From Thraustochytrium aureum (lineage: Eukaryota), in NCBI GenBank assembly GCA_012862495.1, contig BLSG01000180.1, positions 161,020 through 201,304 on the forward strand: a stretch of 40,285 nt of DNA. Direction: 5' to 3'. The position numbers were made by a program, and so were the translations under genes. Below are positions 1 through 13,300 of this stretch, one piece after another (position 1 is the first letter of the stretch; every line of letters begins with the position of its first letter). The notes under the pieces were generated by a model. The model did not search any database, was not told the origin of the DNA, and saw only the letters and a list, made by a program, of their open reading frames with translations.

Positions 1-899
1 GGCGCCGCGGACGGTGCCTCCGACGTGGACGGCACCGCGGGCAAGCCGGACTTCGGTACGTTGGCATAGATAGCGCGAGTTGGACCTGGGTCGGGCTGGC
101 GGGGCGGATGGACACGGCTGCTGGCCTCGCGCGAGGAAGGCCGCTGACACGGGCAGGAGCCAAGTTCTCAAGTTTATCGTGACAGGCGACGCTGGAACTG
201 GCAAGACCTGCGTGCTGCACCGATTCGTCGAGGCCAAGTTCAAACAAGGGCCTGCCAAGCATACGATCGGGGTCGAGTTCGGGTCGAGGACGGTCGTGAT
301 TGGCGGCGAACGAATCAAAATGCAGATTTGGGACACGGCTGGCCAGGAGCGCTTCCGGTCCGTGTGCCATTCCTACTACCGTGAGTCCCCCAGGTTCGGG
401 AGCAGGCTGCGCCGGGAGGATACGGCTTTGGGGCTGCCTTTTGCTCTCGGTTTTGGGTTGACTTTTCACTCCGCTCGCCTGCGCGAGAGGATAGCGACTG
501 ACTGCTCGGCTGCTCGCAGGTGGCGCGACAGGCGCCCTGATTGTGTACGACATCACTGACGACGAGTCGTTCGACAACCTGCCGCGCTGGATCGAAGACG
601 CGCGAGCGCTCGCGGGCAATGAAGTCTGCATTGTTATCTGCGGCAACAAGGCCGACCTTGAAGCGGAGCGCAAGGTCGACCTGCTCGAAGCCAGCCGGTT
701 TGCGCAGGAAAACAATGCCATGTTTCTCGAGACAAGTGCGCTGTCGGGCCAAAATGTAAACGAGGTCTTCTACATGTGCGCGCGGACGATTCTGAGCAAG
801 ATACACCGCGGCGAAATAGACGCGCTCGGCCTCCGGCCGGGCGTGCAGCCGTCGGCCGCCGCTCTACGGCCGCATGATGCTGCTTTTTGCGGTTGCTAG
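1..899 (+). CDS. RAB4: Rab4 small GTPase, 5'-partial, spliced (exons approx. <1-55, ~157-380, 520-899)
   Basis: Contains G1 GDAGTGKT, effector [25 protein letters not shown] and ETSAL motifs. It also has the Rab4-typical [10 protein letters not shown] and a C-terminal CGC prenylation motif before TAG 897-899. Removing intron 381-519 restores [15 protein letters not shown]. The start codon probably lies upstream of the window. Confidence 0.92.
56..156 (+). other. Putative spliceosomal intron 1 of RAB4 (junction phase unresolved)
   Basis: GTACG donor at 56, GCTGAC branch-like motif at ~143-148 and CAG at 154-156. The most coding-like upstream frame ([18 protein letters not shown]) does not join in frame to SQVLKF as assembled. 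Confidence 0.55.
381..519 (+). other. Spliceosomal GT-AG intron of RAB4 (139 nt, phase 1)
   Basis: GTGAGT donor at 381, CTGAC branch motif at ~498-502 and CGCAG acceptor ending at 519. Splicing joins two reading frames into the conserved SYYRGA motif. Confidence 0.95.
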
Positions 900-1022
900 A
901 ACGAGCGGCAAAACCTGAGCCCTGTTTCCCTCGGGCCGCCGTGCTCGCTCCCAACCGCTTCGCACTGTCCTTGTGCCCATCGTCGAGCACATGCGCAGAC
1001 TTGGAAACAACGCAACTCGCGT

Positions 1023-1100
1023 GGGCGTGATCCGGTTTGGGCGTGATCCGGTTTGGGCGTGATCCGGTTTGGGCGTGTGGTCCGGTTTGGGCGTGATCCG
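1023..1100. repeat. 16-bp minisatellite GGGCGTGATCCGGTTT, ~4.7 copies
   Basis: Three exact copies (1023, 1039, 1055), one 18-bp variant (1071) and one partial copy (1089), lying between the convergent RAB4 and dynein 3' ends. Confidence 0.95.
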
Positions 1101-1310
1101 CGTGTGAAGAGCCCTCAAAGGGGGCAGGCAGGTCGCGGACTCAATTTATGGCCGGCGGACGGGGGGACCCTCCGCTGGGCTTGTCCGAGCTGGCGGACAG
1201 TGGCCATTCTCTGCGCGAACACAATCGACTCTTCGGTTGACTGAAAATGTGTTTTTCTCTATTCTTGTTGGCTTGAAAGTTTTGATGCAGGACCGCAGCG
1301 CACCGCTCGC

Positions 1311-4300
1311 CTACTGGGTCCTGTTGCAGAGGCAAGCCACGCCGCGTAGCACCCAGTGCGAGGGCTTTTGCTGCGTCGCGAGGTCCACAATGCAGATCAT
1401 GTTGGCGGCGCCGCGCTTCGGGTACATGTAAAGCGGGCACTCATACGCGCCATTCGGCCCGTAGGAGGTGCGAGTCTCGAGCTTCATCGCAATCGTAACC
1501 GCGGACAGGAACAGCACCGGAAGAGGCGCAAAGAGCTGCTTGGGGTCGCTCTCGGCAAGAAACCCGTTGCTCTTGCCCTCCCACTTGGCGCCCTCCAGGA
1601 AGAGGCCGTGGATGTAGACGCCTTCCTTCGGGGCGGACTTGACGAGGTCCGCCGACGCAAAGTCTGAAACCTCAGTGTACAGCTGGCACCCGTCCAAGCA
1701 CCAGTCCTGATCGACGTGAGCGCGCACGACAACCTGCTTGATGGCAGTCAAGAACGCGGCTGGGCGCTGAAAGCCGGGCAGCCAGAACGAGTGCGGCACC
1801 CCGTTGACGAGCCACGAGTTGAATTGCGAGTACCGATTGGCGAGGCTTTCAAACCATTGGCTCAAGCTGGGGGAGCTCCAGCTGATCTCGTCGCCGCCTT
1901 GCGAGTAGATCCAGTGCTCCGGCACGCGGCCCTGGCTGATCATCACCATCGAGTCCTGCAGCAGCGCGGTCAGCACGACCGAGCCCTCCAGCGCCTCAAG
2001 GAGCTGCACCAGCTCGTAGCGCACGCGCTCCAAGACGCCTTGCAAAAGCTCAACCTCCTGGAAGAGGAAAATGTTGAGCGGTTCGCCAAGCCCGCCCCGC
2101 TTGGCGATTTGGGCTTCCACGTCCGCAAAGTTAAAGTCGGAGGGCATTGCGCTGAGCAGCTCCCCGGCCCTGTCCTTCACATTGTCCTCCAGCGAGACGC
2201 CGTCGCTCGACACGGCCGTGTCCTTCGGCTGCGTCTCTCCGAGCGCCTCGAGTAGGCTCCCTGCAGACTGGATGCGGTACGAAAGGTCGGCATTCGGGTG
2301 GAGACCGAATAGCTCGGGCGAGTCCTCCTCGGGCAGGCTTCCGATGTACCGCAGGTACTCGGCATGCTCAGGGTAGTCGTTGGCACTGTACACAAAGTCG
2401 TTCGGGATCGCCTCGATTGCGCTCGCCGGGTTGTACTGAAACTCTGGGGATAGAACTGCCTCGCAGAGCCAGGCTTCGCCGTAGGCGGAAAACAGACGCC
2501 GGTCCATGTCGTCCGTGATCTTGCCGCCGTAAATCACATCTGCAACGATGTAGCGAATGGTCGGCCAGCTCAGGCTGCCATTGTACAGGTGCTTCTCCAG
2601 GAACTGGATCGTGGCTTGAATGTCGCCGCTGCCAAACTCGTACGGTACGGTCCAGCCCAGGGCGCCATACTTGCGACGCTCCTGCACGACGCTGTGCAGA
2701 AAGCACATGTTGTACAGCATTTGGCGCCACATTGGCGTGTCGACCCGCTCCATCTTCTCCTGGTCGACGAGAACCGTGTACGAGCGCAGCAGGCCAGCCC
2801 GCAGCCCCGAGGGCGGCTCGTTGGTCACCTTGAGCGACATTTGCAGGAGGCCAAGAGGGAAGGACGGGTGCGGCGCAGCGGTAATCCAGAGCCGAAAGTC
2901 CTTGAACAGCTCAGGGTCCTCCCACTGCCGGGTGTAGAGCCCCTTGAGCAGCTCCTCAAAGTCGTGCATGAGCGAGAGGCCAAGCTCGCAGTTCTGCAAG
3001 AGCAGCCAGTTGCCGGTCCGCATGGCGTTTTCGAGGCCCTTGATGGCAACCGGCTCTTGGCCCTGGCCCATCGAGACGACCTGCATCGTCTTCTTTTTCT
3101 TGTGGCACAGCGCCTGGATCGAGTCAGTCGGGTCGGCGCCCACGGAAAGCAGGTAAATCACAGGCGTGAAGGCGTCGCTCTCGTTGTAGATGGACTCGAT
3201 GACGTCTGTAACCGGCTCGACGTAGCGCGAGCCCATTTGCGGCGTGTTGCGGATGAACTCGCGCACCCCAGAAATGACGCGGTCACTGCGCATCGCGCGC
3301 AATACCTGCAGCTTGAGCCACGGGCCCAAAACAAGCGCGCTTTCGAAGCGCTCCTCGTAGTCCGGCACCGTCAGCGTCTCCGGATGCGCGTTGTTGAACC
3401 ACATCGACCACATGGCCTCGTTCTTGACGATGTCGTCCGGCAGCGTGCGAAAGGTCGCGTTTTGCGCCAACGCGTGCACGTTGAGCCAGGCTTCGTCGGA
3501 CAGCCACAGGAGCGCGGCCGGTTTTTTCTTGATCTTGTCGGGGTCGATTCCGGCGCCTCCGCGGAGGAAGACGGCGAGGTCGGACGGCAGTAGCTCGCCC
3601 ATGACCGTGAGGATCTTGACCGTGACGATGAGGACAAAGGTGAGCTTGTCCTTCTCGTACAGGCCGCGGTTGATGTATCGGTAGGTCAGGAAGGTGAGCG
3701 CCTCGATGATGTTGTTGACGCGCTTGTTGACGGAGTTGTTGCGCGCCGAGTTCTCCTCGTCCATGGACCGCACAAACAGCCGCATGAACTGCTGCAGCGA
3801 TGTCTGGTACATAAAGTTGAGGCTGGCAGTCTCGACGATGCTAAAGTACAGCACCGCGCCGCGTGTGGCCACCGGCCGGTACTGCTCGCGCTTCTCGTTG
3901 ATAGACACGCGCGTCTCCTCCGCGTCCCGCAGCTTGGCAGTCACTGTCTCGGCCGTTTCTTTCACCTTCTTGAGCACCGTGACGAGCTCTTCGTCGTCGA
4001 GCAGGCTGCCTGCGTTTGAAGTGAGCTTGTACAAGAGCTTGTCATTCTCGGACATGAGCAGCTTGGTGTTCACTGCCACGTCTTCGATCACTTGCTCCAG
4101 CTGGTCTTGAAGAGCCTTCTGCTCCTTGCCGATCACAACATCCAAGAGCTGGTCCTCCAGGCCCTTGATCGTCACCGTAAAGTCGACCACCGTGGTCTTG
4201 GCCTGCAGCTCGGGGCTAAAGTGTGGATTCGGGAGCCGGGAGACGAAGAAGATGTTGAAGTCCGGGTGATACGTGCACATCTTGTCGGCGACGTTGATGT

Positions 4301-7300
4301 ACAGCGACTTGCCCTTCTTCACGATCTCCTTCCCGAGGACGGGGTCCAGCATCGGGTCGATCTCCTCCTCGACCCCGGCCACAATCAGCGAGAGGCCTTC
4401 GCTCATGGCAAACTCCAGCTGCTCCTTGAGCTTGGGCGAACTCATCTGCGTGACGCCGACCGCGGGCAGGCGGCCAGCGCGCGTCTCCATGCGCACTATC
4501 CAGCCCAGGGCCTGGCCCTGCGGATCGATAAGCAGCGGGTACCGCGAGCTCTGTGTGACGAGGATTCCGTTCTGCACGCTGAGCGGGTCGCTGGGGAGCC
4601 CGTCAAGGCTCCAGTCCCCGATTGTGCCAACGTCAGCCAAGAAGGTAATCGGGTCCACGGCCGCGGAAACAGGGAGCCCCACCGAGACTGCCTCGCGAAC
4701 CAGCTTGCGCTGGATGATCTCCTCGCGGAACTCTTGGTTGAAGGCGCCGCAGTACGAGACGAAAGCGCACGCGATCGCTACGTCGCCAACAAGCCGCCGC
4801 TTGTGCTCGGCAAACTTGGCCTTGTCCTCACTCCAGCGGCGGCGCTCGCTGGCAAGGCCGTTGATCAACGACGATGCCTGCGTCATCTTCTTCTGCAAGA
4901 CCTTGGCGCCTTCTTCGATGCTGGCCTTCTCGCGCAGCTTCGAGTTGAACGTGTCCTGCAGCTCCTTGAGCTTGGCCTTGCACTCCTCGAGCCGGCGGCT
5001 CGCAGCGCCAAGGTTGCTTTCAGCGGTCTCGAGCTCGGCGGTGGCCACAGAGAGCGCCTCGAGCTTGGGCTTGACGATCTTGGAGGCCTCGTGGTACGAC
5101 TTCATGGCGCGGACCCAGGTGCAGAGCCCCTCAGCAGCCGCGGAGGCGGACTTGGCGACAGCGGGCGTAAAGTTCTTGAGCTCGATGTAGGGCGTCATGA
5201 ACTCGATCGTCTCCTCGTTGATCAGGTCCTTGCCCGACTTGCTGAACTCGAAGAGGTCCTTGAGGAATGAAGCGCTTCCCATCATCTTTTGCGCGTGATT
5301 GTAGGAAGGCTCGATGAAAGTGATGGGCAATTTTTTCACCGTCAGCTGGCTCTCCTTGACCGGGTTGAGTTTCTCCTTGAAAAGGATCAGCACGCCATCG
5401 AAAACGAGCTTGATGATGTCGCTTGGCTTGGCCAGCTTCTTCACTTCGTTGATGTGCGCCGGCTTGATGCTCTTGATCGCGTTCTCCGCCTCATCCAGGA
5501 ACGGCTGCGCTTGGGCAAGGTCGCGCTCGCAGGCCTCCTTCTCCAGCTGGATCCGCTTCGCGTCTGCCTCGCAGTCAGCCTTGATGATGTTGACCTTGTC
5601 GTTCTCCTTCTTGGCCTCGAGGCTCTTCGTCTCCAGGTCGCCAATCATCCGGTTCGTCTCCTTGGTGGCCTTGACCAGCTTTTCCTGCTCCTCGGCGAGG
5701 ACGACCTTGAGCGACTCGACATCCTCGGCGCCCTGGATAAGCTTTTCGAGGCCCAGGCTGATCCGGCCCTCCTTTTCGTTCAGCTGGCGCAGCTTTTTGT
5801 CGTACTCCACCTTGAAGTTGTCGATGAACGACAGANNNNNNNNNNNNNNNNNNNNNNNNNNNNNNNNNNNNNNNNNNNNNNNNNNNNNNNNNNNNNNNNN
5901 NNNNNNNNNNNNNNNNNNNNNNNNNNNNNNNNNNNNNNNNNNNNNNNNNNNNNNNNNNNNNNNNNNNNNNNNNNNNNNNNNNNNNNNNNNNNGTTGCGGC
6001 GCATCTTCTTCTCGTACTCGGTGCACGAGTCGACGATGATGCGGTGCACGGATCCCATAAACTCGACCAGGCTTGCGCGAACCTGGGGGTTGTCGTTCAC
6101 GGCCGGGTTCTCGCCCTCCGAGGGTTCCGGGGCGTCGTTGGCTCGCAGGTACATGCCGCTCTCCCCGGGGTAGTAGTCCTGGATAAAGCCAGCGGCCACG
6201 TCCTTGAGCGCAGCTTCGGGCCACCGCAGGAACCAGTTGATTGTGCAGCAGCTGATGAGTCCGGGAAAGCGCCTGGCCCGCTCCGCAAACTTGGGGTTGA
6301 CTGGCGACATGCACAGGACAACGTGGAGGTTGTTCTTGCACGTGTCGAAGAAGAACTGGCGCAGAGTCGCAGGGTTGACCTCAAAGTCGGGCCCGCGCTC
6401 CTTGATCGCGTGCTGCTCAAGGTCCGCGGTTAGGCCGATCATGTCTTCCTTCGAGAAGAGGCCCGGGATCTCGCCCGTCATGAGGAGCGTGTTAATCACC
6501 TCCAAGAAGGCCTCCTCCTTGATGTCTTGGTCTGTGAACAGGAAGGTGACCTCGCGGCGCTCCTGGCCCGCGATGCGGTACAAGACGCGCAGGTCGTCGA
6601 GCAGGGATGTGGCGCTGTACGTCTTCGTGAGCGTGATCTGGAAGAGTTGGTGACCAGCCATGAAGGACGCGAGCTTGGTGAGGCTCTGCTTGCCGCTGCC
6701 ACCCACCCCGACGAGCAGGGCCGAGCCGCGAGGCATGTTGATGATTCGCGAGATTCTGAGGAGGTAGTTGAGTGCGTCGTCAAAGAGGACCAGCTTGAGG
6801 GCCTGCGCTGGCCGTTCCGCGTTCTGCCGCGTCATGTACTCGAGGACCTTGGTGCGGATGTCGGCCAGCGATCCGCCGTGCTCATACACCTTGGGGGCCC
6901 GGCTGACGATGTCGCCGTCCTCGTCGCGAACCTCGTCGCGGAGAAAGTTGACGAACGGCTCTGCAGAGCGGCGCAAGATGTCTTCCGCCGCGAGGTGCTC
7001 GGCGCTCGCGAGCGCCGAGCCGCCCACGTCGCTGCTGTTGTCGTCCACGGCAGCCTCGTGGCCCGCGGAGTTGGACCCTGCGAGCGCGGCAGCGGAGTCA
7101 GCAATCTTCTTTGCGAGGTCGTCGCCGAAGGACTCTTGGAGCACGACGGCGGCGTGCTCCATGTAGCGGATCTTGTCGGCGCGGTCGACGAGCTTGTCGC
7201 AGAAGACGCGCTCGCACTCGTGCTTCCAGAGCTTGACGATTGTCAGGGCCTGGTCTTCCGAAGGCGTGTTGATCCCGCACCCGAGGATGGTCTCCTTCGG

Positions 7301-10300
7301 GCAGAGGAGGATGCCTTGGAACACGCGGCTCACGTCGCGCATGTTGAACACGTAGTGAAACTTGCGCGGCGTGGGGAGGAACTTGCGCTGCGCCCACTGC
7401 CAGACCTGGATCGTGGCCGTGGTCAGCTTGACAATGGCATCGAGGGCTGGCTTGGAGAACTCGGCATTGAGGTCCGCTGAGAAACGCCCAGACAGCATCT
7501 GCCCATAGATGTTGTTGATCGAGGTAATGGACGGCAGCACCATGTTGAAGATGAAGAAGTGGCGCTTGAGACGGTTGGGAATGTCGTTGTTTCCGCCACC
7601 CGGGTGCGCCATCGCGGCCACGTACTGGAGGTCTTCGCACTGTTTCATGTCCCCGCGCTTGTCCTTGTCGAGGAACGCAAAGCAGTTGAACTCGATGAGA
7701 TGGCGGGCAAACTCAAGCGTGGGCTGGTCGCCCCAATCGTTTATGGAGGGCATCGACAGGTCGTCGAGGAAGACGGTCATCTTCTTGCCCCCGGCTGGCC
7801 CAAAGTTCTTGCCCCCGCGCTTGTCGAGCTCGCCCTCGATGGCGCTCTGGAGACCGAAGGGCTTGGTTGCAGAGCTAAAGTTGATCCGCTTGAGCGACTC
7901 TGACGCAGGGTCCAAGCGGCCAAAGTACATGAGCGCAGTGGAGGTCTTGGCTGTCCCAGAGCCGCCCACCATGAGCACCGGTAGACGCTGGCGGTGCATG
8001 GCATCCAGGAGGAAGCAAGCGCGCGTGCTGTCCATCGTGGGAACGAGCAGGTTGCTAAAGTCCAGCTGCACCTCCTGGTTCTGAGCAAGGGCGTCGCCCG
8101 TGTCCACGTGCCCGTCGGCTTCAGCGCCAGCGCTGTTTAAACGGGCCGGGTAAGTCCAGGGCTCGGGCTCCCAGCCGACCCAGCTCAGCGAGCTGAGATC
8201 GACGACGTACTCAAACGAGGTCTCCTCCGGATTGTCCAGTTCAGGAAGCATCTCACTGTCGATGGAGCGAAGGTGCTCGTCAAACTTGCGCCGCCCCTCC
8301 GGCTCAAGGTTGCCGCCAAGCGACCACATCAGCGACATGACAAAGAGCCTTTCGAGCTCCTCCTCCATCTCCACCACTGTCTCGCTGAGCTTGACCTGCT
8401 TCAGCATCGAGTTGAGCAGATTGAGCAGACTCGACACCTTGCCGACCCGCGAGGTCTGGATGACCTCGTCGCCGAACTCGCCCCGCGCGAGGCGGCGAAA
8501 CGCCTCGCCTGCGCCGCCGTCCGTGGTGCTACCGATCCACTTTGCAAAAAGCGAGGCGATAAAGGTGGAGACCTCCTCGGTCTGGCGCTGCATCCAGGCC
8601 TTGGCAACGGCGGGCCAGTCCAGATCTGTCTCCGAGACGTAGATGATGCCCGCGCGCGACACGGTGGCCGGAGAGGCGTTGCGGAGCGACTCCACCTCGA
8701 AAAGGTCTTGTTTTGGTCGGTCATGGGGATCCGGTCCCCGTTCGCGAGCGTGAGGATCTTGTTGTCGTCAGGACTGTGTTGAGGTCCTCAATCCAAATCG
8801 CGTCGACCGGGCCGTCGCAGATTACCCACGTGCTAAACTTGTTGCTGCGCTGGTTCATTTTGGCCCAGGTCGCCGCGAAGACGCCGGTTGTCCATTCGCC
8901 AGAGACCTTGTCGATCTCGCCATACATCTCGGCGGCGCGGATCGCCTTGGGGTTGATCCGAGCAAACTTGAACACGGTGCCAGCGGTGCGCGAGAGCGCG
9001 GCGGCAAGCGTGTTTTGGATCTCCGTCTTGCCGCCCCCAGCGGGGCCGACGAGCATGATGCCATGGCGGACCTTGTAGGTCTCGTAGAGCTGCACGATCT
9101 TCTTCACCCACGAGTCCTGGTGGATGAGGCCGCGCTCGAGGACGACGTCGTGGATGGCGGCCTCGATGTCGGGGTAGGTACTGACCGGCGGCGACTTGCA
9201 CTTTGGAAAGAGGTCGGCCAGGAGGCTGAGGAAGAGCGGGACGTCCTGGGCCACCAGCTTGGAGAGGTTCATGTCGCGCAGGGTTCGGTACATGAGAAAC
9301 TCCTCGGCGCGATCCAGGTTCTCGCGCTTGCTCGCCCCGCACGTGCGGAGCACGGAGAGGATGTTGCGCAGGCCAAAGTCGTAGTGCTTTTGCTGCGAGA
9401 GCTGCTCCTCGCAGAGCTTGTAGAGCTGGGCGAACTTTTTCGCGAGCGAGGTGAAGCACGAGTAGCCCATGCTGCAGAGCTTGACCTTCATGATGATCAT
9501 GCGGTCGGGGACCATCATCGCCACGCCGCGGAAGAGCGACTTGAGGTTTTCAGGGAGCTCCTGGCGGCCAGCGTAGCCCGGATTCATGGTGATGAAGAAG
9601 CCGCAAACCGGGTTGAGGTGGCACGGCGCCGGGTCGCCCGGGAAGCTAAAGGTGGTTGCTTGCGCCTTCTTGGCGATCTGGATGGCCAAGACTTGCTGCG
9701 CGACCACCGAGAGCACCGGAAGGGTGATGCGGTTGAACTCGTCAAAGCAGCCCCAGAGCCCGCCCTGGCAGAGCCCCTTGAAGATCTTGCCGCAATCGCG
9801 GTACGACATCTGGTCGGTGCAGTTTTGCACCATGACGTAAATGCCGAGCGCGCGGCCCATGTCCTTGACCGTCTCGGTCTTGCCTGTCCCGGCGGGCCCG
9901 GCGGGCGCACCGCCAAAGCACATGCCGAGCGCCTGCGCGAGCGTGATGTAGCAGCGATCTGTGAGCGGGGTGATCACGAGGCGGTCGCGGCACCCGAGGT
10001 ACTCGTACGAGTAGTTGAAGTCGACGTCCGTGATGGAGATGGCGAGCGTGCCGTTGTCGCTGACAGAGTCCTTGCCGTCGGGGCGCCACTCGAACCGGCA
10101 CTGCTTTTGCCACTCAAAGTCGAGCGGGTCGCTGATGCGGCGCTGCTTGTACAGCGCGAGGACATCGTTGATGACGTCCCGCTGGTGGACCTGGATGGTC
10201 ACGAGCGACTCGATCTTGATGCGGTTCATCTTGCTCCCGAGGTCCGTGAGGCACCAGGAGCTCAGCTCGGAGAGCACGCTGAGCGCCTTGGCGGCGCACT

Positions 10301-13300
10301 CCTTGACCGAGGTCTTTTTCTGCTTGCACACCAAGAGCGCCTCGACGCAGTCCGCCGTCCAGATGAGCTGGATGGCGAGCAAAGCGAACTGGCCTGGCAG
10401 CGAGTCGACGAGGCTCCGCAGCTGGGAGACCTCGGTCACCGCCCCCGCGCGAGAGGCGCACTCGCGCGTCACGTCCTTCATGGTGCTTTGGTGCTCCTCG
10501 AGCAGGTCCATGAGCCAGTCCTCGATGTTGCCCTTGCACGTGACCTTGTTGGCAAGCGGGATGCGCTCTTCGTCGGCGCCGAGGCGGGAGAAGAAGGCCT
10601 CGATGACTTGCGGGTTGGCGGCATCGTGCACGACCTCGTCCACCGAGTCGAAAATCTTCTCGTAGTAGGGCTGGATGGCGAGCGGGTCGCTGCCCTGGCT
10701 GAGAACCTGGAGCAGCACCGGGTTGCTGACAAAGTAGAAGCGCGGGAACTTGTTGCGCTTTTGCTCCAGGTAGCCCTCCAGGCTCTTTTGGCACTTTTCG
10801 AGCTCGTTGTAGAACACGATGAGGTTTTGCTTGAGGATGTCGTTCTGGCAGGCCTGGATCACATTCTTGGTGTCGTAGGCCTTGCGCATGACCTTGTCGA
10901 AGTCCTTGTCGATCTTTTGGAACTTTTTCGCCTCCATGGGAAGCTGCTTGGCGATGTCGCCCCCGGAAAAGACCGACTCGAGCGAGCACCAGAGCGTCTG
11001 CACCTTGACCCATCGTTCGAGCGTTTCGGCGGTGTCCGAGGTGGTGATAAGCATGGACTGTGCCTCGTCCTTGAACGGGGCCACGTGGCGCATTGTGAGC
11101 ATGGTCTGCAGCTGCATCTGGGCCTCCTCGAGGTCCTCGACGATGGGGAGCACGTTCTTAAACACGTAGATCCCGCGCGCCTTCCAAACGACAAAGTCAA
11201 ACTCGCGGAGCTGCCACGATTCGGCGATCTCGGCGATCTTGTTTTGGATCTGCAGCTGCTTGTCGGCGCTGTCGCAAATGTCCTCGATGTCCTCCGCCAC
11301 GCTGACGAGCTTGGCGTCGAGCAAGGTGGAAAGCCGAAAGTCGGGGCCGACGACAAAGTCGGTCCCGCACTTGCGCGACACCTCGGTCCAATGGCGCTGC
11401 ATGATGCTTGGCTTTGCGAGGGCCTGTAGCAGCGGCAGGACGACGGTGAACTCGTCGATCTGCTTTTTGAGATCCTTGTAGGCGTCCCAGTCGCGCAGCT
11501 TGGAGGGCATCTTTTTGCAGCGCGAGGCGAAGGACTCCATCTTGTCCGCCATCGTGTCGATCTCGTCGCGCACGCGCTCCCACTCGACGGCTTTCCAGTC
11601 GTCGATGGTGTCGATCACGTCGGTGTAGAGCTTGTAGAGCTGGTCGAGGAGCGCGAGCTCCTTTTTCGTCTTTGTGAGCTCCGGGTAGACGGTCGGCTGC
11701 AGCGCGAAGAGGTCCTCGCCGTTGCGGTACAGGTTGAACTTGCGCTCGCGGATCTCGTACTCCTCGTGGAAGCGGCGCAAGCGGTCGACCGCAATCTTTG
11801 GCGAGATGCCAGGCACCATGGGGCCGTTGGCGACAAAGTCGTTGCGGAAGACGATGACGTCATTGACGAACTCCTTGATGTCGCGGAGCAGCTTGCGCTT
11901 GAAGCTCTCTTGGAGCTCGCTGAGCTCGTCGGTGACGCGCTCGGCGTAGTCGACGAGGCACTCCCAGCGGTAGCGCAGCACCTCCTTGTTGTCGTTCTCT
12001 TGGTCGCCGAGGCCCTGGGTCCCCACGAAGCGCTCGAGCATGCTGTACATGTCGAGCACCGGGCAGATTTCCTGCTCGATACCAGACTCGCGCTCGCGGA
12101 TCTCGCGCAGGACGTCCATGATGGAAGACAGCTCCTGAAGCACGTCCGAGTTGGAGCTGCTCGACTCCTTTTGCACGAGCTTTTTGATGTTCTCGCTGCG
12201 CTTGAGGCGCTGCTCGGTTTGCTTCATGTAGTTGTAGAGCTGCTCCATGTCGTGGCGGGCTTGCTCGTGCAGAAAGCGCGAGAAGGTGAGCTTCCAGGTC
12301 TGGACCTCGTAGCGGAGGTTGTTTTTCAGGGTCGAGGTGTTGATCGACATGGCCCCGATGACGTGCATGGAGGTGATCTCGTTGATCTGGCGGTCGACCT
12401 GCTGGAACTCGATGAGCTTGGCCTCGTACTCGGCGAGGCTGGGCTTGGAGGCCATAAACTTGGAGTAGGCGCGGTCCTTGTCGTCGCTCCAGAGCCACTG
12501 GTACTCGTAGAAGCGCTCGAGGTACTTTGTGACGTTTTGCTTGAGCCCCTGCACGCTTCCGGTCAGGAGCAAGCAGACAACGGCGATCTGGAGGTCGCAG
12601 GTGATGTCGTCGAAAAAGGTGCGGCGGTGCTCCTCCAGGACATCGTCCTGGCCCCAATCGAAGAGCGCCTTGGAGCACTTGAGAACCGCGAGCGCCGACT
12701 TGTTGATGGCGTTTTGGACGTCGTCGAGGTCTGGCGTGATCTGCACCTTGGGGGTCTGCAGGTTGACGAAGAGCTCGAAGAAGGGGCGCTCGACAAAGAG
12801 GAAGCCGCCCCCGGCGCCCCCGCCGCGGTTGCCGACGCGCTCCTTGATCATGTTGAGCGAGTTCTTCGTGCACTTTAGCAGCGCGCAGTACATTTTGTAG
12901 CGGTAGCTCTGCTTGACCGCCGCGATCTCGTCAGCGGCGACAGGGTCGATGTGCGGGTCGAGGGGGAAGCTGCGCACGAGCTCCATGAGGTCGTTTACGG
13001 CGTGCTCGATCTCGACATTTTTCCCGTGGAGAAACTTGCTCTGCACGCGGATGCGCTTCTCCTGCATGGCCACGAAGTCGCTGAGCTGCGTGCTGCGGTC
13101 CGACGGGAGGTCGACGAGGACCGCCTTGGAGACGATCTTGAGGTTCTTCTCGATGCGGTTTTCGATAATGTCGTTGATGTTGGTGACGAGCTCCTCGAGC
13201 TTGGCGAGACCGGTGTGGATGTGGTGCTTGTAGGCGTCGATGTTCATCGAGGTCCAGGTGAGCGTGATCATCCCGGGGCGCAGCTTGTACTCCATGTCGC

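Noticed and set aside
1023..1100. CRISPR-like array
   Set aside because: The repeats are head-to-tail with no unique spacers, the context is eukaryotic and there are no cas genes. It is a minisatellite, and the same applies to 33840-33928.
8695..8780. Dynein split into separate genes, a pseudogene, or programmed ribosomal frameshifting
   Set aside because: Adding two bases restores the conserved [25 protein letters not shown]...FEVESLRNASPATVSRAG. No shared slippery motif exists across the window's frameshift sites, so assembly error is more parsimonious.
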